Part shown: piece by piece, positions 52,321-61,175 of the stretch
Layout of the letters: each line of letters opens with the position of its first letter
Numbering within the stretch: position 1 is the first letter of the stretch
Sequence record: AP018399.1
Length of the DNA stretch: 64,000 bases
Strand: one strand, 5' to 3'
The notes under the pieces: model-generated
Databases searched by the model: none
Told to the model about the DNA's origin: nothing
The model's input: the letters and a program-made list of their open reading frames with translations, nothing else
Position numbers and translations under genes: made by a program

Positions 52321-53424
52321 TTATAGGCGGTTGGCAAACCACTTGATGATATGCCAATGGTCCTCAAACAATTCCGAACGCATTTCGTTCAGAACCACGT
52401 CGATAGGAATCCAACGTGCCAGTGCAGCATCGTCCTGCCCCGTGACACGCGGAAGCTTTTCCTTGTCGTCCAACTTGAAGCCGAAGGCCATTGTTACCGT
52501 GCGACCCTTGCGAGCCTTGATGCGGCAACGTAGCGACCGGTTCGGATGGTCGAATACGTTCTCGGCGAAGACGCTACCACGAAGAACCTTTTCAGGAACC
52601 TTCAAGCCAGTCTCTTCACGCAGTTCGCGAATCGCACCTTCAAGGAAGCGTTCGTTGTTGTTCAGGTGACCACCCGGAACGGCCCACAGCCCCTTACCCG
52701 GAGAATGACCACGCTGTACCAACAGAACGTGACCCGACTGGAACACCACAGCATCCGAAGTGAGGAAGTTGGTGTTGCCGTATGGAGCGTTTTCGAACTG
52801 CTTGTCGTACTTGATGCCTTCATCGTATTCGAAGCGAAGGGCAGCGTATTCCGGCGTCTTCATGAACTTCACGAGGAAGTCGTAGGTACCCGGAGTCACA
52901 GCCGGTTCGATGAACTTGACGTAGCCTTCCAGATACAGTTCGCGAATCTTGGTAGCCGACAGAGCGTGCGAATGGTCATCGCCCACCTTGATTTCATGCA
53001 TCGGCAGGATATCGAACGATTCCTTGAAGTAATCAAGGTAGTAGGTCGATTCGTCCTTGTTCAATGCCATGATGGCGACAGACTCATCCGAGTCGAAGTT
53101 GGCAAACGCCACTTCGCGAATCAGGCGGCTCACGTTGGTGAACCAGTCCGAATCGGAGTAGAGGTAGTCTTCTGCACCCACGAAGACGATGCGCTGCTGC
53201 AAATCAAGCGGCAGAGACGCAAGCACCATTTCCATACGCTCTTGCGTAGTGAAAGGATTCTTAATCGTGCGGGGTTCATTGTGGCTTCCGAGGACCATCA
53301 GAACCTTGCGGCCGTGGTTGAAAGCGTTGAGAAGTGTTTCGATATGACCCACATGAGGCGGCTCAAGACGGCCGAGGAAGGTCACCAAATCGTACTGCGG
53401 TGTGTTATTAGTTTTAGCGTTCAT
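52321..53424 (-). CDS. nadM: bifunctional NMN adenylyltransferase / Nudix ADP-ribose pyrophosphatase
   Basis: GRxxPPHxGH, NPFTxxER, SATxIR; Nudix PGGx5ExxxxGAxRELxEETG, DD. Confidence 0.93.
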   Translation of the reverse strand: MNAKTNNTPQYDLVTFLGRLEPPHVGHIETLLNAFNHGRKVLMVLGSHNEPRTIKNPFTTQERMEMVLASLPLDLQQRIVFVGAEDYLYSDSDWFTNVSRLIREVAFANFDSDESVAIMALNKDESTYYLDYFKESFDILPMHEIKVGDDHSHALSATKIRELYLEGYVKFIEPAVTPGTYDFLVKFMKTPEYAALRFEYDEGIKYDKQFENAPYGNTNFLTSDAVVFQSGHVLLVQRGHSPGKGLWAVPGGHLNNNERFLEGAIRELREETGLKVPEKVLRGSVFAENVFDHPNRSLRCRIKARKGRTVTMAFGFKLDDKEKLPRVTGQDDAALARWIPIDVVLNEMRSELFEDHWHIIKWFANRL

Positions 53425-53512
53425 ATGTTCGACTCCCGAATCAATGGTTGAAGCTTACTCTTATATAGGGCTGTTGTCAAGTACCTAAACTGTGGTACAA
53501 TAAATATCGGGT

Positions 53513-53839
53513 ATGAATATCATGGAAATCGTCAACCAGCCACAGATTAAGGTCGAAGCTGTCCGCAAGGGCGGTGATAAGGGCCGTACCCTATTGCTTG
53601 CAGACCTGAACGGCCAGAATCCGGTCGGTCACATCAAAGCAGTCCTTCAAAAGATTAAGGACAAGTTCGTTGATGGAGAGGTCACAAAGATTCGGTTGGA
53701 AGAGCGTAGCCCGGTCATATTCACTGTCGTTCCTCAGTTCGGAACCGACGTGTACCGATTCACCATCAGCTTCCCGGAAGGAATGGAGGACATTCAGAAG
53801 TCCTTGATGACCGGGATATCCAACTTCGTGAACGCCTGA
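53513..53839 (+). CDS. hypothetical late protein
   Basis: AATAAATA at 53499-53506. Confidence 0.7.
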   Translation: MNIMEIVNQPQIKVEAVRKGGDKGRTLLLADLNGQNPVGHIKAVLQKIKDKFVDGEVTKIRLEERSPVIFTVVPQFGTDVYRFTISFPEGMEDIQKSLMTGISNFVNA

Positions 53840-54009
53840 TAGCCGCACTTGTTGGCTTCAATCACGATACGTTCCACGTCTGGTAGACACATCGAACACC
53901 CCAGCGAAGCTCCTGTTTCATACATGAGTTTCGTAAGCGTGTTGTGACCATCCGCGATGGCCTTCTTCAAGTCGTCTTCCGTCAACCCTGCACAAATACA
54001 CACAAACAT
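53794..54009 (-). CDS. bfd: bacterioferritin-associated ferredoxin-like [2Fe-2S] protein
   Basis: VCICxG...GCxxC; TTGACA-17-TACTAT promoter. Confidence 0.85.
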   Translation of the reverse strand: MFVCICAGLTEDDLKKAIADGHNTLTKLMYETGASLGCSMCLPDVERIVIEANKCGYQAFTKLDIPVIKDF

Positions 54010-54038
54010 AAAAAGAAAGCCCTGATTACTCAGGGCTT
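54010..54038 (-). terminator. intrinsic terminator
   Basis: AAGCCCTGA-gtaa-TCAGGGCTT plus T tract. Confidence 0.8.
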
Positions 54039-54063
54039 ATAGTATTAAGAATTGTTCTTATTG

Positions 54064-55320
54064 TCAAGCGCTTTCGTCACCGACGTATGGATTCACCGCG
54101 TTGGCTAGCCAGTTGATTAGCTTCGGCGGGAAGAAGTCGGTTAGTGGTGACATTAGGGTTTCGAAATAAATCTGAGCCTTCTTCACACCTTCCAAATCGT
54201 TTGTCGATAGGTCTTGTAGAATCTGGTTCAAGCAATCTACGGCCTGCTGCTTAATGCTCTTGTCGTCATAACCCTTGTCATCGTAGCGTAGGATGGCCTG
54301 ATTTAGCTCGGCGATACGCTGCTTGACTTCTGCCTTCACGGCAGCAGGTAGACGAATCTTCGTTCCCTGTTCGAACTTCACGCCTGAGTTCTCAGTCGGT
54401 CCATTCTGGTAATCGACTTCTACTTCTGTCGGGGTCAAATCCTTCTCAAGAATACGGGCTACGATATCTTCAACAGACTCTTCGACTGCTCCTGCCTTCT
54501 TAGCAACCCATTCTTGGGCCTTTGATACCGGCATAGCAAACCATGCTCCCGGACCATTATGCCATGTATTCTTATCGTATGCACGGCTTTCTGCTTCTTC
54601 CTTTGAAGAATAGCGAATGGCATCTTCCAAGTTTCCGCCACGTTCTAGGCCAAGGAATGACCAAATCTGTCCATCGCCGCCAACGGCAACAACGTACTCT
54701 TCACCAACGGCTTCTTCAACCTTCACTTCTACTTTAACGGTCTTCTCGTCGCCTTCCTTGTCCTTCTTTTCAGAGTCGTCCTTCTTGTCTTCCTTCTTAT
54801 CGTCAGAATCCTTGTCGTCCTTCTCTTCCTTATCGTCATCCTTCTTCTCGGACTTCTTTTCGTCCTTGTCGTCTTCCTTATCGTCCTTCTTGTCCTTTAG
54901 GAAAGCAGGCTTGTCGTCATCCTTGTCGGAATCCTTTTTGTCTTCCTTGTCGTCGTCCTTCTTGGAATCCTTGTCATCGTCCTTTTCGTCCGAATCCTTT
55001 TTGTCTTCCTTGTCGTCGTCCTTCTTGTCGTCGTCCTTGGCTTCTAGCACAGGCTCGACGGCACAAGCTTCTTCGGATTCCTTGACTTCCGACTTCTCGG
55101 CGTCTTCTAGCTTCTTTAGGCATTCGTTGACTAGCTTCAACTCTTCTGCTGCATTCTTGTACTTGAAAGATGCACGAGCGGCAGTAGCCATGATGCCTTG
55201 AAGTTCTTTCTTCACGGCCTGTAGGCCAGCTTTGTCGCGGTCAGCATACTTCTTCTCACCGAAGGCTTCGGTAAGCGTGTGGATGCCAGATAGTTTGGTT
55301 AGACGTTCGATGCTATTCAT
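54064..55320 (-). CDS. highly charged probable prohead core/scaffold or internal head protein
   Basis: several [LV]xE-[AS] sites; ~100-aa Asp/Lys tract; KPAFL. Confidence 0.6.
   Translation of the reverse strand: MNSIERLTKLSGIHTLTEAFGEKKYADRDKAGLQAVKKELQGIMATAARASFKYKNAAEELKLVNECLKKLEDAEKSEVKESEEACAVEPVLEAKDDDKKDDDKEDKKDSDEKDDDKDSKKDDDKEDKKDSDKDDDKPAFLKDKKDDKEDDKDEKKSEKKDDDKEEKDDKDSDDKKEDKKDDSEKKDKEGDEKTVKVEVKVEEAVGEEYVVAVGGDGQIWSFLGLERGGNLEDAIRYSSKEEAESRAYDKNTWHNGPGAWFAMPVSKAQEWVAKKAGAVEESVEDIVARILEKDLTPTEVEVDYQNGPTENSGVKFEQGTKIRLPAAVKAEVKQRIAELNQAILRYDDKGYDDKSIKQQAVDCLNQILQDLSTNDLEGVKKAQIYFETLMSPLTDFFPPKLINWLANAVNPYVGDESA
54740..55040 (-). repeat. low-complexity D/K coding repeat
   Basis: repeated DDDKEDKKDSD units. 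Confidence 0.85.
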
Positions 55321-55329
55321 TAGTTTCCC

Positions 55330-55659
55330 TTAAACGGTTTGTGTCCAGTGTGCTTTCATACCACGGGAATCTCTCAAAGAAGTCACGGCATCAGCAATCA
55401 ATTCATTGTACTGTGCCCAACGGTCTTTCAGGTATGCCAGTGGCTTTGGAACTTCAAGTTCGGCAAATGCAAAATCGACAAGTTCGACTGCACTACGCCA
55501 TTGCTTTTCCAAATCTTTAGCTTGTTTATTTATCTCTTTTTGAAGCGCAGACATGGTATCCGCTGGGAAAGCTTCCTGCGGGTCAGTCTCTACGAAGACA
55601 ATCTTCTTCTTTTCGGGCTTCTTTTCCTTAGCCTCAATCAATGATTGAAGGAATTTCAC
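55330..55659 (-). CDS. hypothetical late protein
   Basis: starts MKFLQSLIEA. Confidence 0.7.
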   Translation of the reverse strand: MKFLQSLIEAKEKKPEKKKIVFVETDPQEAFPADTMSALQKEINKQAKDLEKQWRSAVELVDFAFAELEVPKPLAYLKDRWAQYNELIADAVTSLRDSRGMKAHWTQTV

Positions 55660-56036
55660 TTCTTCTGTTCCTTTGCCTTGGCTTCTGCTTCGGCCTTCTT
55701 CTTGGCACGGTAGTCATCTACCGACTTCTGCCAGTATTGGTTCGTCTCAATTGACTTGGCGAACACGTCCGAGATATCGGATAGGTTGTCAAGCAATGCA
55801 CCTAGCTGGTCTTGAGTCAGAACGAAGAACACCTTGTCCTTATTCTCGGCCTTGGCTGCTTCCTCGGCTAGACGCTTCTGATTCCATGCCTGCCACTCAA
55901 CGTCCTGTAGGTTTAGCTCAGGAGTGCGGTCAGGGTCAACAACAACGTATTCCTGCGTTGGCGGAACTTCCTTGCAGAACTTGGAACAAGAGGCTAGGGT
56001 TAGAGTTAGGAAAATGGCGGCTAGTAGCTTTTTCAC
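55656..56036 (-). CDS. o-spanin (Rz1-like lipoprotein)
   Basis: lipobox LASC, Pro-rich start, follows TM-coiled-coil gene. Confidence 0.7.
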   Translation of the reverse strand: MKKLLAAIFLTLTLASCSKFCKEVPPTQEYVVVDPDRTPELNLQDVEWQAWNQKRLAEEAAKAENKDKVFFVLTQDQLGALLDNLSDISDVFAKSIETNQYWQKSVDDYRAKKKAEAEAKAKEQKK

Positions 56037-56455
56037 TTTGTTTTACCTCGTGATGCGTCTTCGAAGCGCTGGAACACTTGCTTGGTAATCTGGTTAGCTT
56101 CGGCTTCCAACTGTGCGGAATTAGCACCACCCGGAGCAACCGGAGTGTTCTTCAAGCCGTTGACCTTGGCCTGTAGGGCGGCAGTCTGAGTGCTGATTTC
56201 GCCAAGACTGGTACGTAGCTCGGCTAGGTCTGCCAGAGCCTTGTCAGTGCTGGCCTTGTATTCGGTGAATTGCTTGTTGGTGTTGTCCAACTTGGTGGAT
56301 AGTGCCGTATTCTGAGTCTTAAGTTCGTCGGTCTTGGTTTCCAACATCGACGCACGATGATACTGCCAGCCCAAACCTAGGGCTAGAAGACCAATCAAAG
56401 AAATGATGATAATCCACTTGTATGCAGCGATTTGTGCTTTAATGGTAGTGAACAT
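56033..56455 (-). CDS. i-spanin (Rz-like)
   Basis: one N-terminal TM then long coiled coil. Confidence 0.7.
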   Translation of the reverse strand: MFTTIKAQIAAYKWIIIISLIGLLALGLGWQYHRASMLETKTDELKTQNTALSTKLDNTNKQFTEYKASTDKALADLAELRTSLGEISTQTAALQAKVNGLKNTPVAPGGANSAQLEAEANQITKQVFQRFEDASRGKTK

Positions 56456-56459
56456 AAGA

Positions 56460-56496
56460 AAACCCGTCTATCATGTTATTTATAATAGACGGGTTT
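56460..56496 (-). promoter_or_regulatory. late promoter TATAAATA inside a 12-bp inverted repeat next to the spanin start
   Basis: AAACCCGTCTAT-tataaataacatg-ATAGACGGGTTT-tcttATG. Confidence 0.75.
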
Positions 56497-56501
56497 GGGG
56501 T

Positions 56502-56786
56502 TTACTTCTTACGGGATAGTTGAGCGACTTCTGAGTCCAAATCGTTCAGCTTTTGTCGGTCGATGACCTGAGTTCGTCGCAATGCCGCAAATTTGGTTTG
56601 AATTAGGTTGTCTGCCTTCTTCATCAAGTTGTTGACGTAGGTTGTCAACTTCTTGTCTGCCTCACGCAGTTCCTTGTTTTCATCCTGCAACTTACGAATA
56701 GCCTTGGCTTGGGCTTCGATTTCTTTCGTAGCCATCTTCTTAAATTTTTCGAATTCGTCGCGCAAGGCTTTTACGTCATCACTCAC
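56502..56786 (-). CDS. coiled-coil hypothetical protein
   Basis: GATAAATA at 56811-56818; heptad pattern. Confidence 0.7.
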   Translation of the reverse strand: MSDDVKALRDEFEKFKKMATKEIEAQAKAIRKLQDENKELREADKKLTTYVNNLMKKADNLIQTKFAALRRTQVIDRQKLNDLDSEVAQLSRKK

Positions 56787-57372
56787 TTTCTAGGCACCGT
56801 TTAACGAGCTTATTTATCATCCTAATGGACTTAAGCGTGTACTCAATGTCCTCTAGAGCGTTGTGCATACGGCGTGGAGCTAGCTCCATCTTGGAGAACA
56901 GTTCGTCCGAATCGAACGCCTGAACTGCCACTAGGCCGATGGTGAACGAGTCGATGACACGGTGGGAGAACTTGAGTTCAATATCGAACTTACGTAGAAG
57001 AGCCTTGAGGAAGAACTTGTCAAAGCTGGCCGCATTGTGACCACAAAGGGTGATGCCCTTGGTTGTGTCAAAGTGACGCATGATGAGTTCAAGGATTTGG
57101 GCCGCAGCCTCTTCCTCATCCACACCATTCTCTTCCAAGTATTCCTTAGACAGACCGTGAATCTTGTAAGCGAAGTCGCTCCATTCCGATTCGCCGTTCC
57201 ACTTAATTTCAAGGTACAGCTTTTCGATTTCCTTGAAGGTCTTCGGGTCTGAAACAATTAGACCAATCGACACCATCTGGTAGTTCACCGAAGGGTCATC
57301 GCCCTTGGTGTTCATACCGGACGTTTCACAGTCGATGGCTAGGAACTTGTGGAATTCACTACCCTTGCTCAT
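56779..57372 (-). CDS. DEDDh 3'-5' exonuclease
   Basis: IDCETSG, GHNxxFD, HNALED. Confidence 0.88.
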   Translation of the reverse strand: MSKGSEFHKFLAIDCETSGMNTKGDDPSVNYQMVSIGLIVSDPKTFKEIEKLYLEIKWNGESEWSDFAYKIHGLSKEYLEENGVDEEEAAAQILELIMRHFDTTKGITLCGHNAASFDKFFLKALLRKFDIELKFSHRVIDSFTIGLVAVQAFDSDELFSKMELAPRRMHNALEDIEYTLKSIRMINKLVKRCLESE

Positions 57373-57977
57373 GATGCATCCTTTAGATTGCGTAGAGTAC
57401 GCAGTACGATAGTCTGTAGTTCTGCCGCAGCAACGAACGCATTACCTTCCACGTTGTTGATTGTGTAGGTGATGTTCTCTGGCTTTAGCGGTTGTTCGGA
57501 AGCATGGTTTGAGGTTGCGATGGTCTTCTGACCTTCACGGACCACGCGAATCACTAGCCCTGCATCCTGACCCTTAATGAATTCGGCTTCGTTATCAAAG
57601 CGAGCATCGGTGATGAACGCGATATCGACGCCAGAGGTTAGGATGGTTGATTCAAGTGACTTAATCCAGATATCATCGCGGATGCCCTTACGGCAAGCTT
57701 CGGTACCCAATTGCTGGGCCATCTGGCGGGGTGACAGGTTCCAGTACGGAATCGTCTCTTCCTTCTTGTTACGGTCGAAGAACCATTCAAGAGGAACGTC
57801 GAAGATGACTGATGCAGCCTTCTTCAAGTTGTCGGCGAATGCAAAACATTTGACATTCAGGCCGTGGTCTTTCTGTAGGGATAGGAGTACCATGTTCGCC
57901 ACGGTGTCCTTTCCGGCTCCCGCTAGACCATTGATACCAATGATTAGAGGGACTTTTGCTAGATTTGTTTCAGACAT
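57369..57977 (-). CDS. deoxynucleoside monophosphate kinase (T4 gp1-like)
   Basis: GLAGAGKDTVA, RxxxQxLGTE, DARFxNE, HASE. Confidence 0.88.
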   Translation of the reverse strand: MSETNLAKVPLIIGINGLAGAGKDTVANMVLLSLQKDHGLNVKCFAFADNLKKAASVIFDVPLEWFFDRNKKEETIPYWNLSPRQMAQQLGTEACRKGIRDDIWIKSLESTILTSGVDIAFITDARFDNEAEFIKGQDAGLVIRVVREGQKTIATSNHASEQPLKPENITYTINNVEGNAFVAAAELQTIVLRTLRNLKDAS

Positions 57978-58040
57978 TAAACGTTTCCTTGATGTTGCAA
58001 CCCACATTGTAAGTGAATTGCAACATCAAGTCAAGTACGT

Positions 58041-58745
58041 TTACTGTGGTAGGCCGACGATGTGTAGGAACTGCACGTTGCCAGTGGTTGAAGTATCGGC
58101 ACGCTGCTGGCCGTCCTTCGAATCTTGAGTGCCGGGGTCAATGTCTGTACCGGCTAGGATAGCACGGCGAATCTGTGTTTCACGCTTAATGTCGTTGCCG
58201 ACATTGTAAATCCAAAGCTCTTCGAAGTTGCCGTCGTCCATCTTACGCTTGAACACTAGGTTCGCACCACGGACTGTACGGATTTCACCTTGGAAGTCTG
58301 GGTTGCTGTCAGCAGCATCCGGGTCGTTTGTGGCAATGTCGTCAGCCTGATTCTGCGACATATCATCAAAGTCCTGCTCTTCTTCATCAGAGTTTAGAAC
58401 TTCGTCGCCAACATCGAAGGCGAAGTCATCAGCGGATTCGCCACCTTCTTCACCACCACCAAGCTCATATCCGCCACCGTCGCCAATGGCTTCGTCACCA
58501 AGGGCACCTAGTTCAAGCGATTCATCACCGAACTCAAATGGTTCGTCATCAAGAGCTAGGTTCGCTAGGTCTGAGAAATCCAACCCACCGACAACATCGC
58601 TGTCGTCATCCTGATACTCGCCACCTAGTAGCGAATCAAGGTCTAGGTCCGCCAGAGCGTCTAGGTCAAGTTCCTCGTCAGTGTCGAGGTTAAAGGCACG
58701 CACATCTTCAAGGAGGGCTTTCAAAGTTTTCATGTTAGATTCCAT
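58041..58745 (-). CDS. acidic late (probable virion) protein
   Basis: GATAAATA at 58760-58767; MKTLKALLED; Asp/Glu-rich linker then globular C-terminus. Confidence 0.7.
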   Translation of the reverse strand: MESNMKTLKALLEDVRAFNLDTDEELDLDALADLDLDSLLGGEYQDDDSDVVGGLDFSDLANLALDDEPFEFGDESLELGALGDEAIGDGGGYELGGGEEGGESADDFAFDVGDEVLNSDEEEQDFDDMSQNQADDIATNDPDAADSNPDFQGEIRTVRGANLVFKRKMDDGNFEELWIYNVGNDIKRETQIRRAILAGTDIDPGTQDSKDGQQRADTSTTGNVQFLHIVGLPQ

Positions 58746-58841
58746 TAGTTCTTAAGTAATATTTATCAGGATTTTGATTTATTACAGCCGAATTTATGGA
58801 ATCCTAAATATTGTAAGCTGAAACAACAAGTTAAGAACACC

Positions 58842-59279
58842 ATGAAAAAGCACCCAGCAATTCCACTGATTACTGAACCGCATCCGGATGGGTACACAGG
58901 CTACCCGTTCCTAACTCTGATTCGCTACAACGATGAGAACTACCTGAACATCATCGACAACGTAGTGAACAAGCAGATTGTGGGCTACAACCTAGACCTA
59001 TGTGCGGCGTCTAACATTGACGAACTTGTCGTTGTCAGCATCGCCGAAGACTGGTTCTACAGTGAACGTCACAAGAAGTACCCACTATCGGTGGAGTTCT
59101 CCAAGCTTGGCTATGCAAGCAAGCTACGCCCAATCCTACGCTGCTATCCAGTTGAATTCGTGACTCGCGTCATCGGACCACTACCAGAGTACAAGATGGG
59201 CGGTGTCTTCAAGTCCAAGAAGAAAAAGAAGAAGTCGATTCCACCGGAAATCGAATTCCAAGACAAGCGCTTTAAATAA
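58842..59279 (+). CDS. hypothetical protein
   Basis: 145 aa, basic C-terminus. Confidence 0.75.
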   Translation: MKKHPAIPLITEPHPDGYTGYPFLTLIRYNDENYLNIIDNVVNKQIVGYNLDLCAASNIDELVVVSIAEDWFYSERHKKYPLSVEFSKLGYASKLRPILRCYPVEFVTRVIGPLPEYKMGGVFKSKKKKKKSIPPEIEFQDKRFK

Positions 59280-59676
59280 GCGTCTTTAGAACAGGATACG
59301 CTACGGCTTCCGTGGCGTCCTGAAACTCATCCTTGACGGCGTTCTGCTGGTCAAGAACTTCCTGTCCCTCTTCCGTTACCTGTCCAGTATCGTCAACTAG
59401 ATTGTTGTTGGCGAGAGCTTCCTGTCCAGCGTCCGTCACACCAGCACGGGCACCGTTGGTATCAATGTTGATTAGACCCATGCTACGAAGCTGCTGTGCG
59501 GCCTGTGACACGTTCTCTGAGCCTGTGGTGGCCTCGTATGCCAATTCCGGTGTGGGAGCCGCGTAGATGCTTAGAAGCACGCTCTTCTGCGTGTCAGTTA
59601 GGCGAACGGTTGATGCAGCGTTACCACCCATTGGCGGCATTGTGGAGAAAGCGGTTAGCTCTTGTAGAAACTTCAT
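59272..59676 (-). CDS. hypothetical protein
   Basis: starts MKFLQEL; ATGA overlap. Confidence 0.7.
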   Translation of the reverse strand: MKFLQELTAFSTMPPMGGNAASTVRLTDTQKSVLLSIYAAPTPELAYEATTGSENVSQAAQQLRSMGLINIDTNGARAGVTDAGQEALANNNLVDDTGQVTEEGQEVLDQQNAVKDEFQDATEAVAYPVLKTLI

Positions 59677-60239
59677 AGTCGGTCGGCCTTGAATAGATGG
59701 AGTTGAAGTACAATCAGCAAGGCGTAAGGAATAGCGTGGGACTTTCTCAAGTCACTTGGGTCGCGCTTCGTATACAGTTCCTTGAGAACTGCCTTCTTGT
59801 TCTTGACGTATTTATCAATCAAATGGGTTTTATTGGGACGGATAATCGCCAGACAGTCAGCCAAATCCGACACAGAGCGGGGCTTTAGCTTCTGTAGCGT
59901 GTCATAGTGCTTGGCTAGGTGGAATAGATTGGCGACGACCTCTTCGTCTTCCAGAAGGGTCCAGTCAGGCTCAATCTTAAGTAGTTGGCGAATTTCATCC
60001 TTGCTTTCGAAGTTCTCAAGGATGTTCAAGTTCAGCATGTCAATCTTGAAGAAGCCATGCTCTTGCGCTTCCTTGTACGGAATCGCGGCGTAGCCAGTGA
60101 CGGCATCCTTGGGGATGTTCTGGAAGTAGACGCCAACGTTGTGCTTCTTCAAGTCTCCCTTCTCCACGATGGAAGCATGGGTCAGCTTGAACAGAGTGTC
60201 CGGCTTGAACTTGGGGGTAATGTCGATATCAATATCCAT
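59673..60239 (-). CDS. miniature DNA polymerase III alpha (DnaE)-like palm/fingers fragment
   Basis: DIDID, HxxGV, FKIDMLxL, KPxSxxDL...AIIRP, KSHAxxYA. Confidence 0.7.
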   Translation of the reverse strand: MDIDIDITPKFKPDTLFKLTHASIVEKGDLKKHNVGVYFQNIPKDAVTGYAAIPYKEAQEHGFFKIDMLNLNILENFESKDEIRQLLKIEPDWTLLEDEEVVANLFHLAKHYDTLQKLKPRSVSDLADCLAIIRPNKTHLIDKYVKNKKAVLKELYTKRDPSDLRKSHAIPYALLIVLQLHLFKADRL

Positions 60240-60270
60240 TGGCCTAGTTTACCAGACCAATGAATCCAAA

Positions 60271-60951
60271 TCAATACCCGTGCATGTTCTTGACGATTTC
60301 AATTACTTCGTCAATTGTTTTAGCGTCGTTGAGCTTGGCGGTGAACTTGTGGCGGTGCTGTTCGATACTCACTAGCGTTTCATTGGCTAGTCGCTTCAAG
60401 TTCATGACCTCTTCCATAACCTCACTACGGCTACGGCCAGTCAGCTTTCGCATTGTATCAAGCAATGGATAATCACTCAAGGACTTCGGCTTAGGCTTGG
60501 CCGCATAATAGCGAAGCATTTCCGCTTCCTTGGCGTAAATCAAATGAATACTTTCAGGAAGTAGATTGACCATCCAGTCGTTGTGCAGGGTCTTGAGGAT
60601 GTTGTGAGCATCCGACTTGGCCTGACCCAAATCATTTAAGTCCAGATGATACTTCTTCTGGCGGGCCGTTCGGCTCTTAATGAATTCACGCTCCGGAAGG
60701 GAATTCTCCAATTGAATTAGAATCTGTTCGGCAGCTTCCGGGCTGTCGTACACACGACGACGAACCTCACGAACCTGATTACGCCAGTGGTTCCAGCGTA
60801 CTCGGGATTCGAAAGTAAGTTCGTTGTCTTCAAGTTGGGTCCAGTCGGTAGTTCCCAGAAGGTGTAGACGCTTGCCTAGTACGGTCGCCCATTCACGGTC
60901 GATGTACTCTGGGGTCTTCTCTAGCGAAAGGATGGTAATCTTTTCAGCCAT
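60271..60951 (-). CDS. tail-fibre assembly chaperone-like protein
   Basis: DWTQLxDxxL...WxxWRxQxR pattern. Confidence 0.6.
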   Translation of the reverse strand: MAEKITILSLEKTPEYIDREWATVLGKRLHLLGTTDWTQLEDNELTFESRVRWNHWRNQVREVRRRVYDSPEAAEQILIQLENSLPEREFIKSRTARQKKYHLDLNDLGQAKSDAHNILKTLHNDWMVNLLPESIHLIYAKEAEMLRYYAAKPKPKSLSDYPLLDTMRKLTGRSRSEVMEEVMNLKRLANETLVSIEQHRHKFTAKLNDAKTIDEVIEIVKNMHGY

Positions 60952-61118
60952 TAGACCGTCTTGAAGTCTTGTAGTTTCTGACCAATCATCTTGTAGTCAA
61001 ATTCGCTGTCGGCAACTTCATACACCTTATTGCCTTGGCGTGACATATCTTCTTTGTTTACTGGCTTAACTGAGCAGCCTACGATTACGTTGTCTGTAGC
61101 TCTTACAAAAATGAACAT
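60951..61118 (-). CDS. 55-aa late protein (below track cut-off)
   Basis: GAGG RBS, MFIFVRATDNVIVGC..., TAATG-coupled to the chaperone gene. Confidence 0.7.
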   Translation of the reverse strand: MFIFVRATDNVIVGCSVKPVNKEDMSRQGNKVYEVADSEFDYKMIGQKLQDFKTV

Positions 61119-61175
61119 AAAAATACCCTCGTCATGGTGACGAAGGTATTTAGGTACCCAAATTTGGGATAGTTA

